Shown here one piece after another: positions 44,390 through 54,177 of a stretch of 64,000 nt of DNA. Both the position numbers and the translations under genes were made by a program. Each line of letters starts with the position of its first letter. The first letter of the stretch is position 1. A model generated the notes under the pieces. That model saw only the letters and a list, made by a program, of their open reading frames with translations, did no database searches and was not told the origin of the DNA. Origin of the DNA: Deltaproteobacteria bacterium (GTDB lineage: Bacteria > BMS3Abin14); contig JAADHJ010000033.1 of the NCBI GenBank assembly GCA_013151915.1, positions 37,642 through 101,641 on the forward strand, read 5' to 3'.

Positions 44390-47065
44390 TCAACACTTTT
44401 CAACCCGGACCCGAACCACAGCGGTCTCCAACCCGGCTCCGTTTTCCCCCATAAGGCGGCTGACCGGAACATCGGAGAAGTGGCGCGGGAGATAGAGCAC
44501 CCCGGGCAAAAGATCGTTGGAATACTTTACACCCAGGGCAACCTCACCGCTGGGGGAAACTACCTTGACCCGGCTCCCATCCTCAATCTCCAGCCCGGCG
44601 CCCGTAACCCTGTTCATGGATAGAACCGCGCTGTTGACAAGTTGATTGAGGGATTCCGAATACCTGGTAAAGCTCCCGGAGTGGACCAACAGGTTACCGA
44701 TCAGCAGTGTCAAGGGGTAATCCGGGTTTTTCGAGAAACCTCCCCATCCCTTCACCGCGGCGAAGGAGCGCTTCCCCGCCGGGACCGAATCCGGTAGAAG
44801 GTGTCTGGTCCCCAGATAACCCTCACTGTAGACGTCATGGACATCCTGCCGGGTAAAGGGCCACTGAATGCCGTTGTCGGCGAGGATACGGTAACTGATC
44901 CCGGAGTAATAAGGTACGACCTCGGCAATCTCATCGAGAACCTCCGCGGAGTTGACGTACTTGAGCCCTTCAACACCCATGGACACTCCGACTTCCGAGA
45001 AGATCCTCCAATCGGGCATGGTTTTTCCAGCGCCATCCTGAGCTTTTTTGCTCCGCTGGACTCTCCTGTCCAGACTGGTGAGGGTACCGTTCTTTTCAGG
45101 AAGGCCACATGCCGGCAGAACGACATGGGCCCTGGAGGCCGTTTCCGTCAGGAACAGCTCCTGGACCACGAGGAAGTCCACCTTGGCCAAAGCCTCCTCG
45201 ACCATCTGCCCATCCGGGAACGTAATAACCGGGTTGACCCCCACGAGGTACAATGCCTGCAGCTTCCCGTCCCCGGCGGCGGCGAAAATCTCGTTGGCGT
45301 TCATCCCCGGCTTTTGCGGCAGAACGGCATTCCAGGCTTTTTCCAGGGTTTTTCTGTCCCTGGAAGATTCAACCGGAACCCACCCGGGGAGATGGTCCGG
45401 TGAGACACCCATATCCACAACCCCCTGAAAGTTGGTGTTGGAAAGAACGGGAAAAAGACCGCAACCTTCCTTTCCAAGGCGTCCGGTGAGCATCAGGAGA
45501 TCGACGAGAGCGTTTATCAGGTCGTCGCCGTTGGGTCCGAAGGCGGCTTCCTCACCAAATATTATGGACGATTTTCCAGCGGAGATAAATTCCCTTGCGG
45601 TCTGAACGATGTCGTGGACGGAAACGCCCGAGTTGGAGGCTATCTTCTCAAGATCAAGGCCGCTTACCGAATCCCTTAGGGCCTTTGTGCCCTTATAATC
45701 CGCCAGGGCCTCCACATCGACCAGTTCCTCTTCCAGCATGACCCGCATCATCCCTTTGATGAACGCCACCTCGTTGCCCACGTCAATGAGAATCGTCCGG
45801 GCGGCAAGCCGTGACAGGGCTGTGCTCCTGGGCATAAGCTCGGTTACCAGAGCGCCCTTTTTGATGGCCGATTTGACCTTGAGTCCCGCAATGGGGCTCT
45901 CCACGGTTATGTCGCATCCCACGAGGAGTAAAGAGTCAACATAATTAAGCTCGTCTATGGAATTCGGTGCGGCAAAAACCCCAAGCCGTTTCTCGAGGAT
46001 GGGCAGGACAACGCGGGTCCAGTTTCCAGACGGCGTGTCCACGTTGTTGCTTTCAAGAACGACCCTGAAAACCTTCTGGAACAGATAGAGCTCCTCATTG
46101 GTCAGGCGGTCCGATACGATCCCCCCTATTGCGCTGCCGCCACCCGACTTCTTCACTCCCCCAAAACCCTGGGCAACCGCGGCGAGAGCTTCGTCCCAGG
46201 AGACCTCGACCAGTTCACCGTCCTTCCGGATCAGGGGGGTTTTAAGCCGCTCGGGGTTGTTGATGACATCGTATCCGAAAAAACCCCTGGAGCACAGGCT
46301 GCCGTTGTTGATCCCCCTGTTTTCCGCATTGGTCACCTTGAGCACCCTGTTCTCCCTATGGTTGTAGAGCAGAGTGCACCCCATGCTGCAGAAGGGGCAG
46401 ATGGATTCCATCTTGTCCATCTCCCATGTACGGAACGTCTCCTTCATGGCCCTGGAGGTAATAGCCCCCGCCGGGCATGCCCAGATACAGTGTCCGCAGT
46501 ATTCGCAATCAAGGGACTTTTCCATGAACGGGCCCACGACCGTTTGAGCGCCGCGGTAGGACATTCCCAGGGCCGTCACCCCCTGGACCTCGTCACATAT
46601 CCTGACGCATCTTTTGCACTGTATGCATCTGTTAAGATTCCGGTCGATCAGGGGGCTGATGATATGGTCCCTCAGGACCCTCTTTTTCTCGCTGAACCTG
46701 GTCTCGCCGCTTCCGAACTTGAAGGCAAGATCCTGAAGGGTGCATTCCCCGGAGGCATCGCACACGGTACACTCGAGGGGATGGTTGATGAGGAGAAATT
46801 CCAGCATCATCCTCCTGGCCTTCTGGACGCGGGGCGTGTCGGTTCTTACCTCCATGCCTTCCAGGACCGCAAGGGTGCAGGCCGTCTGGAGCTTGCCCAT
46901 TCCCTCCACCTCCACCAGGCACATGCGGCAGGCACCAAGCTCGCTCAGCATGGGGTGATGGCAGAAAGTGGGAATATGGATGCCGAGTTTTCTCGCGGCG
47001 GTAAGGACATTAATATGCCCGTCCACCTTGATCTGCTTGCCATCTATTACCAGGCGGACCATCAT
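44390..47065 (-). CDS. nuoG: NADH-quinone oxidoreductase subunit G-like (75-kDa Fe-S / molybdopterin-fold subunit), copy 1, directly after nuoF
   Basis: 891 aa. HIPTFCHHPMLSELGACRMCLVEVEG; HPLECTVCDASGECTLQ; CIQCKRCVRICDE; CEYCGHCIWACP; CPFCSMGCT. Start overlaps the nuoF stop (ATGA). Confidence 0.8.
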   Translation of the reverse strand: MMVRLVIDGKQIKVDGHINVLTAARKLGIHIPTFCHHPMLSELGACRMCLVEVEGMGKLQTACTLAVLEGMEVRTDTPRVQKARRMMLEFLLINHPLECTVCDASGECTLQDLAFKFGSGETRFSEKKRVLRDHIISPLIDRNLNRCIQCKRCVRICDEVQGVTALGMSYRGAQTVVGPFMEKSLDCEYCGHCIWACPAGAITSRAMKETFRTWEMDKMESICPFCSMGCTLLYNHRENRVLKVTNAENRGINNGSLCSRGFFGYDVINNPERLKTPLIRKDGELVEVSWDEALAAVAQGFGGVKKSGGGSAIGGIVSDRLTNEELYLFQKVFRVVLESNNVDTPSGNWTRVVLPILEKRLGVFAAPNSIDELNYVDSLLLVGCDITVESPIAGLKVKSAIKKGALVTELMPRSTALSRLAARTILIDVGNEVAFIKGMMRVMLEEELVDVEALADYKGTKALRDSVSGLDLEKIASNSGVSVHDIVQTAREFISAGKSSIIFGEEAAFGPNGDDLINALVDLLMLTGRLGKEGCGLFPVLSNTNFQGVVDMGVSPDHLPGWVPVESSRDRKTLEKAWNAVLPQKPGMNANEIFAAAGDGKLQALYLVGVNPVITFPDGQMVEEALAKVDFLVVQELFLTETASRAHVVLPACGLPEKNGTLTSLDRRVQRSKKAQDGAGKTMPDWRIFSEVGVSMGVEGLKYVNSAEVLDEIAEVVPYYSGISYRILADNGIQWPFTRQDVHDVYSEGYLGTRHLLPDSVPAGKRSFAAVKGWGGFSKNPDYPLTLLIGNLLVHSGSFTRYSESLNQLVNSAVLSMNRVTGAGLEIEDGSRVKVVSPSGEVALGVKYSNDLLPGVLYLPRHFSDVPVSRLMGENGAGLETAVVRVRVEKC

Positions 47066-48339
47066 GATGATTCCTCCAACGTTCCGCCGGCCGGGTCCTC
47101 GCCTCTCACGTAATCCATGTACTCATTCCGGAACTTTTCCATGGTGCTCGTAACACAGCTGACCGATGCCTCTCCCAGCCCGCAGAAGGATGTAGTCCGA
47201 ATGCTCTCACATACATCCGAAAGCAGATCCAGGTCGGCCACGGTGCCGCGGCCTTCCAGGATTCTGTCGAATATCCTCCTGACCCAGTAAAGGCCTTCCC
47301 TGCAGGGGGTACACTTCCCGCAGGACTCGTGCTCGAAAAACCTGATGAGCACATGGGTGACCTTGACCATGTCGGCGGTGTCGTCAAGGACCATGACGGC
47401 ACCGGACCCGAGCATGCTGCCGGCCGAAGCCAGGGCATTATAGTCCAGCTTTACATCAAGCTGCGACACGTCAAGGCAGGCGGAGGAAGCGCCTCCCGGA
47501 AAAGCCGCCTTAAAACTGCGATTGTCCCGCATCCCCCCGGCGTGCTCAAAGATAAGTTCACGCAGGGTAACCCCCATGGGCAGTTCATAGACCCCGGGTT
47601 TTGCCACGTGGCCGCTGACGGAGAAAAGCTTTGTCCCGGGACACTCCGGCGTTCCGATCCCGGCATACCAACCACCGCCTCTCAGAAGTATTGGAGCTAT
47701 GGAAGCGAGCGTTTCAACGTTGTTTACAACGGTAGGCAGGCTGCTGTAGCCGACGTTGACCGGGAACGGGGGGCGAATTCTGGATTGCCCCCTCTTTCCC
47801 TCCAGGGATTCGATGAGGGCGGTCTCCTCTCCGCACACGTAGGCCCCGGCGCCCCGGTGTACGGTTACCGTGAAATTGAAGCCCGAGTTCAGGATGTTCT
47901 CTCCCAGAAATGATCTGTCCTCAGCCTCTTTAATGGCCCTTTCCAGGACCTTGGCCCCGAAGGGGTATTCACCGCGAATATAGATAAAACCATGCTCGGC
48001 CCCCACCGCATAGGCAGCCAACGCCATGCCCTCCAGGATGGCATGGGGGTCGTTTTCTATCAAAATCCTGTCCTTGAAGGTCCCGGGTTCACCCTCGTCC
48101 GCATTGCATATGATAAACTTCGGGCTACGCCGGTCCCGGGATGCAAAGTCCCACTTCATGCCCGCGGGAAACCCCGCCCCGCCCCTTCCTCTGAGCCGGG
48201 AAAGCTTGACCTCTTCAATGACTTCGTCGGGCGCCATTTCGTTCAAGGCCCTGGGGAGAGCAATGTATCCCTCGTTGACCAGGTAGGAATCTATATGCGC
48301 AGGATTGGGCCGGTCGATATTTCGGGTCAGGATTTTCAA
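47062..48339 (-). CDS. nuoF: NADH-quinone oxidoreductase subunit F (51 kDa; FMN, NADH, 4Fe-4S); start assigned to TTG (MKILTRNID) 4 nt after nuoE stop
   Basis: APDEVIEEVKLSRLRGRGGAGFPAGMKW...ICNADEGEPGTFKDR...GAGAYVCGEETALIESLEG...ESCGKCTPCREG. The ORF table's longer version (to 48420) would overlap nuoE by 76 nt. Confidence 0.85.
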   Translation of the reverse strand: MKILTRNIDRPNPAHIDSYLVNEGYIALPRALNEMAPDEVIEEVKLSRLRGRGGAGFPAGMKWDFASRDRRSPKFIICNADEGEPGTFKDRILIENDPHAILEGMALAAYAVGAEHGFIYIRGEYPFGAKVLERAIKEAEDRSFLGENILNSGFNFTVTVHRGAGAYVCGEETALIESLEGKRGQSRIRPPFPVNVGYSSLPTVVNNVETLASIAPILLRGGGWYAGIGTPECPGTKLFSVSGHVAKPGVYELPMGVTLRELIFEHAGGMRDNRSFKAAFPGGASSACLDVSQLDVKLDYNALASAGSMLGSGAVMVLDDTADMVKVTHVLIRFFEHESCGKCTPCREGLYWVRRIFDRILEGRGTVADLDLLSDVCESIRTTSFCGLGEASVSCVTSTMEKFRNEYMDYVRGEDPAGGTLEESS

Positions 48340-48343
48340 AGCG

Positions 48344-48835
48344 CTATGCCTTCTGCCTGTATGATTCAAGGATAGACCCCACACCGTCGGCCGAAACCTG
48401 CCGGTAAAGGTCCGCATCAACCATCAGGGCCGGAGCCTGGTCGCATGCCCCTATACACTCCACTTCCACCAGGGAGAATGCATTGTCGGGGGTGGTCTGT
48501 CCTACCTTTATGCCTAATTCCTTTTCAAGCGCCTCGAGGACCTCATCCGATCCATTGATAGAACAGCTCATGCTACGGCAGATCTGGACCAGATGCCTGC
48601 CCATCGGCTCCGTGAAGAACATGGTGTAGTAGGTGGCCACCTCAAAGGCCCTCACGTGGGGGACCTCAAGCAGGTCTGCGACAAAGACCAGATCCTCCTC
48701 AGCCAGAGATTTTTTCTTTCCCTGGATGAAGTGAAGAAGAGGCATGATGGCGGATGCCTTCATCGGGTAGCGGCCGGCAATACTTTCCATGGCCCTGACG
48801 TCGTCGGCTTTGAAGTATCCCGGGGGCGCCGTCAT
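48344..48835 (-). CDS. nuoE: NADH-quinone oxidoreductase subunit E (24 kDa, 2Fe-2S)
   Basis: HLVQICRSMSCSINGSDEVLEALEKELGIKVGQTTPDNAFSLVEVECIGACDQAPALMVD. Confidence 0.9.
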   Translation of the reverse strand: MTAPPGYFKADDVRAMESIAGRYPMKASAIMPLLHFIQGKKKSLAEEDLVFVADLLEVPHVRAFEVATYYTMFFTEPMGRHLVQICRSMSCSINGSDEVLEALEKELGIKVGQTTPDNAFSLVEVECIGACDQAPALMVDADLYRQVSADGVGSILESYRQKA

Positions 48836-50004
48836 CGGTCAATTTCCCCTAAAACGATATCAAGGCTTCCGATGATGGCCACCACGTCGGCCAGCATATG
48901 CCCCTTGGCCATGTCCACGAGGGACTGTAGGTTAACGAATGAAGGTGGACGGATTCTGAGGCGGTATGGTTTTGGGGTTCCGTCGCTGACGATATAAAAA
49001 CCGATCTCGCCCTTGGGCGATTCGATGGTGGAATATACTTCCCCCCTGGGCGGAGCCAACCCGTCCACCACCAGCTTGAAGTGATGGATCATGGCCTCCA
49101 TTGAGTCTTTCAGGCGATCCTTGTCGGGGAAGACGTACTTGGCGGTGCGCTCGATAAAAGGTCCTTCGGGAATGCCCTCGACCAATTGTCTTATCATCCG
49201 GGAGCTCTGCCGCATTTCGGCGAGCCGGACAAGATACCTTGCGTAGATATCTCCATCGGTCCTGACGGGAACGTCAAAGTCAATCTCGTCGTACGCCTCG
49301 TAAGGCTCGTCCCTCCGGATATCCCAATCTACACCTGACGCACGCATGGCGGGTCCGGAAAGGCCCAGGCTGACGGCGTCCTCCCGACTGATGACCCCGA
49401 TCTTTCTGGTTCTCTTCATCCAGATGCGGTTCTTGGTCAAAAGCCTCTCGTACTCATTGACGCGGACATCGAACTTGTCAAGGAAGGCGATGATCTTCGC
49501 CTCAATACCCACCGGGAGGTCACGGACAACACCTCCGGGACGGAAGTAGGTCATCATCATGCGGGTACCGGCGGTCTCCTCTATGATATCCAGGATGAAT
49601 TCCCTCTCCCGGAATCCGTAAAGAAGGACCGTCAGGGCGCCGATGTCGGCCGCGTGGGTGCCCAGCCACACCAGGTGACTCATCATTCGGGACAGTTCGG
49701 CAAAGATGGTCCTGATATACCGGGCCCGGCGCGGGGCATCTATCCCCAGGAGTTTTTCCACTGCCAGGATGTATGAGAGGTTGTTGGTTCCGGAGGAAAG
49801 ATAGTCCAGCCGGTCGGTGAGAGGAAGGACCTGAAGGTACTTCTTGTCTTCGGCGAGTTTCTCAACACCCCTATGCAGATACCCGATGTCGGGGACCGCA
49901 TTGACCACCACTTCGCCCTCGAGCTCCAGGATGATCCTGAGGACACCGTGGGTGGAAGGATGCTGAGGTCCCATGTTGATGGTCATTACCTCCTGCTTGG
50001 CCAT
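48832..50004 (-). CDS. nuoD: NADH-quinone oxidoreductase subunit D (49 kDa)
   Basis: MAKQEVMTINMGPQHPSTHGVLRIILELEGEVV...IGYLHRGVEKLAE. Confidence 0.9.
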   Translation of the reverse strand: MAKQEVMTINMGPQHPSTHGVLRIILELEGEVVVNAVPDIGYLHRGVEKLAEDKKYLQVLPLTDRLDYLSSGTNNLSYILAVEKLLGIDAPRRARYIRTIFAELSRMMSHLVWLGTHAADIGALTVLLYGFREREFILDIIEETAGTRMMMTYFRPGGVVRDLPVGIEAKIIAFLDKFDVRVNEYERLLTKNRIWMKRTRKIGVISREDAVSLGLSGPAMRASGVDWDIRRDEPYEAYDEIDFDVPVRTDGDIYARYLVRLAEMRQSSRMIRQLVEGIPEGPFIERTAKYVFPDKDRLKDSMEAMIHHFKLVVDGLAPPRGEVYSTIESPKGEIGFYIVSDGTPKPYRLRIRPPSFVNLQSLVDMAKGHMLADVVAIIGSLDIVLGEIDR

Positions 50005-50015
50005 CTATTCCTCCC

Positions 50016-50525
50016 TCACCACTTTTCCCGTCCTCCGACGGGAAATTCCTTACGCAGGGGATATCCTTCGAAATCACTCGGCATGAGTATCCTTCTCAGG
50101 TCCGGATGGTCCGCAAAGGGAATACCGAAAAGGTCGAAAACCTCCCGTTCCAGCCAGTCGGCCCCCCGCCACAACCCGCAGACGCTGTCGACCTTCTGCC
50201 CTTCCGAAACCCTTATCTTGAGCCGGAAGCGCATTTTGTTGGCGATGGAGAATATCTGATAGACAACATCGAAGGGGGCCTCTTTCCTGGCGGGCCAGTG
50301 GACGGCCGTAACATCTGAGAGAAAATCGAAGGCCAATTCCGGGTCAGTCTTGAGAAAACGTAACGCATCCCTGCACTTTTCGGGCGCAATAATCACCCAG
50401 ACCTCACCGCGAAACGATTCAACCTCCCGAACAGCGCCTGAAAATGCTTTTCGAAGTGCCAAAACCGCGGGATGCTCCTCCGGATCCTCCGCCGCGAAGT
50501 TCTGACGATTCCAGTTAACCGTCAA
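50016..50525 (-). CDS. nuoC: NADH-quinone oxidoreductase subunit C (30 kDa)
   Basis: 169 aa. ...ERE(V/I)[15 protein letters not shown] motif present. Confidence 0.85.
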   Translation of the reverse strand: MTVNWNRQNFAAEDPEEHPAVLALRKAFSGAVREVESFRGEVWVIIAPEKCRDALRFLKTDPELAFDFLSDVTAVHWPARKEAPFDVVYQIFSIANKMRFRLKIRVSEGQKVDSVCGLWRGADWLEREVFDLFGIPFADHPDLRRILMPSDFEGYPLRKEFPVGGREKW

Positions 50526-51103
50526 ATCGTCTCCTTTTTATCCGGGCCCGTAAAACCAGGCGCAACCTTGCGGGGCAGCGCGGAAAAGTTCGACTGGCCG
50601 TCAATCTTCATCTGAAGGGTCATGAGCCCATGGATGAGAGCCTCGGGACGCGGAGGGCATCCGGGAACATAGACATCAACCGGAACAACCTTGTTCACCC
50701 CGGGGACAACACTGTAGGTCTGAAAGACCCCGCCGCAGGTTGCGCAACTTCCCATGGCCAGGACCCATTTGGGGTCGGCCATCTGATCGTAGAGCTTCTT
50801 GAGCACCGGCGCCATTTTATTGGTCACGGTCCCGGCCACGATCATAAGGTCGGCCTGCCTGGGAGAAGATCTGAATACCTCCATGCCGAAACGGGCGATG
50901 TCATACCGTGCGGCCGCGGAGGCCATCATCTCGATGGCGCAACAGGCCAGGCCGAACCCAAGGGGCCACAATGAGGATCTCTGCGCCCAGTTGATGGCGC
51001 AACTGGCCGTCGTGAGAATGATATTGCCCTCATCGGGGTGCGGACCTTTATAAACGTGGGTGGGGTTTTTGCTCATGACCAGTCCAGGGCGCCCTTCCTC
51101 CAT
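50522..51103 (-). CDS. nuoB: NADH-quinone oxidoreductase subunit B (20 kDa, N2 cluster)
   Basis: [11 protein letters not shown]...[15 protein letters not shown]...[15 protein letters not shown]. Confidence 0.9.
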   Translation of the reverse strand: MEEGRPGLVMSKNPTHVYKGPHPDEGNIILTTASCAINWAQRSSLWPLGFGLACCAIEMMASAAARYDIARFGMEVFRSSPRQADLMIVAGTVTNKMAPVLKKLYDQMADPKWVLAMGSCATCGGVFQTYSVVPGVNKVVPVDVYVPGCPPRPEALIHGLMTLQMKIDGQSNFSALPRKVAPGFTGPDKKETI

Positions 51104-51447
51104 ACATAGATATAGCCGAAGAGGAGGACTGCGATAAAGAGGGCCATCTCGATAAAACCGAAGATAATCGGATCGAAACGATCAAACAGGACCGCCCATG
51201 GATACAGAAACACTATTTCGACGTCGAACAGGATAAACAGCATGGCGATAAGGTAGAATCGGACGTCGAAACGTCCTCTGGCGCCCTTGATGGGCACCAT
51301 GCCGCATTCATAGGTGGAATTTTTTTCCTCGGTGGGATTTTTTCTGCCCATAAAAACGGACATGAGTATCATCCCACCGCCCACGCATCCCACGACCAGA
51401 AGGAAGATGAAGACAGGTAGATAACTGAGGACAAGTTCCTCTTTCAC
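51073..51447 (-). CDS. nuoA: NADH-quinone oxidoreductase subunit A
   Basis: 124 aa, 3 TM. ...[40 protein letters not shown]. Confidence 0.85.
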   Translation of the reverse strand: MKEELVLSYLPVFIFLLVVGCVGGGMILMSVFMGRKNPTEEKNSTYECGMVPIKGARGRFDVRFYLIAMLFILFDVEIVFLYPWAVLFDRFDPIIFGFIEMALFIAVLLFGYIYVWRKGALDWS

Positions 51448-51733
51448 CGGAAATACCTCCCCCCCCGGATTAATACCACAGCAGCCGGGAATTCGAATCA
51501 GATCGTGTCTAAAGTTCCGGGAAGAATGTATACAAAAAACAATGCCGGATGTCTACATATAATTGATTCGGATGTGAAATTTTTTGCAGCCAAGCGCCAA
51601 GGTAGCCAAACGCCAAGAAGAATAGTACAATTTGAGGGATTTTGCCACCTTTTTTCTTGACAGGGTCCAACGGCTATGGTAGATGGAAACTCATTGAATT
51701 TTAAGGATATTTTCCCAAACAGGGGGTATCGGG

Positions 51734-53032
51734 ATGACCAGATCCGCCGATCTTTTTTCCGAGGCGCAGGCCGTAATGCCCGGCGGCGTCAACAGTCCGG
51801 TCAGGGCCTTTAAATCCGTTGGGGGGGTTCCACTTTTCATCAGAAAGGCCGTTGGATCCTCCATAGAGGATGTCGATGGAAAGGTTTACGTGGACTATGT
51901 AGGTTCCTATGGCCCCATGATCGCCGGACACGCCAATGAAAGGGTCCTCGACGCCATTATAAGCGCTGCCGGGAACGGTACCAGCTTTGGCGCTCCCACG
52001 GAGATGGAAACGGAACTCTCCAGAATGGTAATCTCCGCCGTACCTTCCATGGAGAAGGTACGCATGGTCAATTCCGGGACTGAGGCTACGATGAGTGCAA
52101 TCCGGGTTGCCCGTGGGGTCACGGGGCGGGACCGGATCGTCAAGTTCAACGGCTGCTACCACGGGCATTCCGATGGCCTATTGGTCCATGCAGGATCAGG
52201 CGCCCTTACGCTCGGTGTACCCGACAGCCCCGGGGTACCCGCCGATTTTGCACGAAATACCCTCGTAGCTGAATTCAACGACCTTCAATCCGTAAAGGAT
52301 CTGTTCCGTGAGAACGCGGGTGAGATTGCCGCGGTAATCGTTGAGCCCATTCCCGGCAACATGGGCGTCATCGTGCCCCGTGAGGGATTCCTCCAGGGGT
52401 TGAGGGATCTGACTATTGCTGAAGGCGCTTTACTGATCTTCGACGAGGTCATGAGCGGTTTCAGGGTCTCCTACGGCGGGGCCCAGGAGCTTTACGGTAT
52501 TGATCCGGATCTGACGACGCTGGGCAAGATTATCGGAGGCGGGCTGCCGGTGGGAGCATACGGCGGAAAGGCCCGGTACATGTCCCAGGTGGCGCCTGAG
52601 GGAGCCATCTATCAGGCGGGAACTTTATCGGGTAATCCCCTGGCCATGGCCGCCGGCATCGCCACCTTGAAAATCCTATCCCAACCGGACACATACGGTA
52701 TATTGGAAAGGACCTCCGCAGCCCTGGAGAAAGGGTTCGCCGACATTAACCGGAAGCTTGGGGCGGACCTTGCCTTCAACCGGGCAGGTTCCATGTTTAC
52801 CACCTTTTTTACCACCGGGATTGTGGACAACTTTTCCAAAGCCAAATCCTCCGATACCGCAGAATTCAGCGTCTACTTCACCACCATGCTCAAGGAGGGG
52901 ATCTACATGGCGCCGTCACAATTCGAGGCGGCATTCGTTTCCCTGGCACACACCGCTTCCGATGTCGCGCGTACCCTTGAGGCCCACGAAAAGGCCCTCA
53001 GTACCGTCCTGACGGCGGAGCGTCCTACATAG
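51734..53032 (+). CDS. hemL: Glutamate-1-semialdehyde 2,1-aminomutase
   Basis: [25 protein letters not shown]...[43 protein letters not shown]. Confidence 0.9.
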   Translation: MTRSADLFSEAQAVMPGGVNSPVRAFKSVGGVPLFIRKAVGSSIEDVDGKVYVDYVGSYGPMIAGHANERVLDAIISAAGNGTSFGAPTEMETELSRMVISAVPSMEKVRMVNSGTEATMSAIRVARGVTGRDRIVKFNGCYHGHSDGLLVHAGSGALTLGVPDSPGVPADFARNTLVAEFNDLQSVKDLFRENAGEIAAVIVEPIPGNMGVIVPREGFLQGLRDLTIAEGALLIFDEVMSGFRVSYGGAQELYGIDPDLTTLGKIIGGGLPVGAYGGKARYMSQVAPEGAIYQAGTLSGNPLAMAAGIATLKILSQPDTYGILERTSAALEKGFADINRKLGADLAFNRAGSMFTTFFTTGIVDNFSKAKSSDTAEFSVYFTTMLKEGIYMAPSQFEAAFVSLAHTASDVARTLEAHEKALSTVLTAERPT

Positions 53033-53085
53033 TCGACCCTTGCCGGTGTCATAGGCTGAATTCCGGAAAACTGTCGGTGGTCGGG

Positions 53086-53222
53086 TATTGATGACTTCGC
53101 AAGAAGTCATCAATATGCCCTTTGAGGGGCGCTCAAATCGAAGATTTGTGAGGAAAGTGAAAATGACACTTTTCGCTTTCCGTGAAGTAAAAAGCCATGT
53201 ATGGACTTTTTACGACACTATC
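53086..53222 (+). repeat. Family A multi-hairpin intergenic repeat (short form)
   Basis: ttgatgacttcgcaagaagtcatcaa / gcccTTTGAggggcgc / caaatcgaagatttg / ggaaagtgaaaatgacacttttcgctttcc / gtaaaaagccatgtatggactttttac. Confidence 0.85.
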
Positions 53223-53408
53223 ATATTGACAATCTGAAAATCACTCTGCTAGGTTGTGGCCTGATTTTCCGGGAGTCCCTGATGGAACTTTTTGTCCTGA
53301 TTTTCGACCGAGTTGAACTCCCGGATGAGGTTCTGTCCTATTTCGTCGAAACGAGGGCCGGCGGCGCGACGGTAGTCGACAGTGCGGGTACGATGAACCC
53401 GCAAACAG

Positions 53409-53458
53409 TCCATCAAGCAGGATGTGCGCTAAGCGTACATCCTGGGGTGGGGGTGGAA
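53409..53458 (+). promoter_or_regulatory. Motif D copy 1: CCATCAAGCAGGATGTGCGCTAAGCGTACATCC (10-bp-stem hairpin) + GGGGTGGGGGTGGAA, 8 nt upstream of atpZ-like gene
   Basis: About 85% identical to the second copy at 54074-54123; both sit immediately upstream of atp F0 genes. Confidence 0.35.
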
Positions 53459-53465
53459 CCTTAGG

Positions 53466-53699
53466 ATGCCAAAGCCGCGCCATTTCTATGATCTTTTAAA
53501 ATACAGCAGCCTCGGGCTGGAAATGGGAGCCGCTGTCATCATAGGGCTTCTTTTGGGGATCTTTCTGGACAGGAAGTTCGATACCTCTCCATGGCTCACT
53601 CTTCTGTTCCTTGGCCTGGGTTTCGCAGCGGGTGTCCGCGCGTTGATAAGGGCCGTTCGCGACGGGGCCTTCGAGGAAGAAACGGATGATCACTTCTGA
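53466..53699 (+). CDS. AtpZ/AtpR-like small membrane protein of F0F1 ATP synthase operons
   Basis: 77 aa, 2 TM. LGLEMGAAVIIGLLLGIFLDRKFDTSPWLTLLFLGLGFAAGV. Position before the AtpI/AtpB genes. Confidence 0.55.
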   Translation: MPKPRHFYDLLKYSSLGLEMGAAVIIGLLLGIFLDRKFDTSPWLTLLFLGLGFAAGVRALIRAVRDGAFEEETDDHF

Positions 53700-54057
53700 C
53701 GGTGGACCCCGGCTCAGGCGGATCAAACTCTGGATTCTCGCACTCAGCCTGATTCCCGCCGGAGTTTCCCTTGCGTTTTCTTCGGGAGAGTATGCTGCCG
53801 GGTTTACCCTGGGCGGTGTTCTCATTCTCCTGAATTTTATTGGAACCGAACGGGCCATCCAGAATTTTGTGGCCGGCGACGGAGCGGGCAGGGCGCTGAT
53901 AGCGTTTCTGCAGTTCTTTAAACTCGGAATTACAGGGGCCGTTATCGCCGGTATCCTTTACTGGAACGTGGCATCACCCATTGCCATGATCCTGGGTCTG
54001 TCGGCGCTTCCAACCGGCTTAATGTTTGACATTTTTTTCTTTCCCGTTAATAAATAA
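53686..54057 (+). CDS. atpI: ATP synthase protein I (AtpI)-like membrane protein
   Basis: 123 aa, 4 TM; between the AtpZ-like gene and atpB. Confidence 0.5.
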   Translation: MITSDGGPRLRRIKLWILALSLIPAGVSLAFSSGEYAAGFTLGGVLILLNFIGTERAIQNFVAGDGAGRALIAFLQFFKLGITGAVIAGILYWNVASPIAMILGLSALPTGLMFDIFFFPVNK

Positions 54058-54073
54058 CGGGCTAGTAAGAAAA

Positions 54074-54123
54074 CCCATCAAGCAGGATGTATGCGAAACG
54101 TGCATTCCGGGGTGGGGATGGAA
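54074..54123 (+). promoter_or_regulatory. Motif D copy 2 upstream of atpB
   Basis: cccatcaagcaggatgtatgcgaaacgtgcattccggggtggggatggaa. Confidence 0.35.
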
Positions 54124-54177
54124 GCAGGCAAAGAGACTTTTACGGGGTTGTCAAAAAGGGATGCAAAGGAGTTATAA

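Noticed and set aside
37403-47065. Calling either NuoG-like gene a formate dehydrogenase catalytic subunit or selenoprotein
   Set aside because: Neither copy has Cys/Sec at the FdhF-aligned Mo-ligand position (Ala in copy 2, diverged in copy 1). There is no in-frame TGA with a downstream SECIS-like hairpin. They were therefore left as NuoG/SfrA-like.
28698-51447. Horizontal acquisition of the whole nuo region (genomic island)
   Set aside because: I saw no integrase, tRNA target or flanking direct repeats, and the GC content is not obviously different from the neighbours. Only the insertion of module 2 inside the operon is noteworthy, not the operon itself.
53033-53465. tRNA or other stable RNA gene in the long hemL-atpZ spacer
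   Set aside because: No cloverleaf-compatible sequence was found (no GGTTCGAATCC-type T-arm, no CCA-proximal acceptor pairing). The spacer is explained by the family A copy plus motif D.
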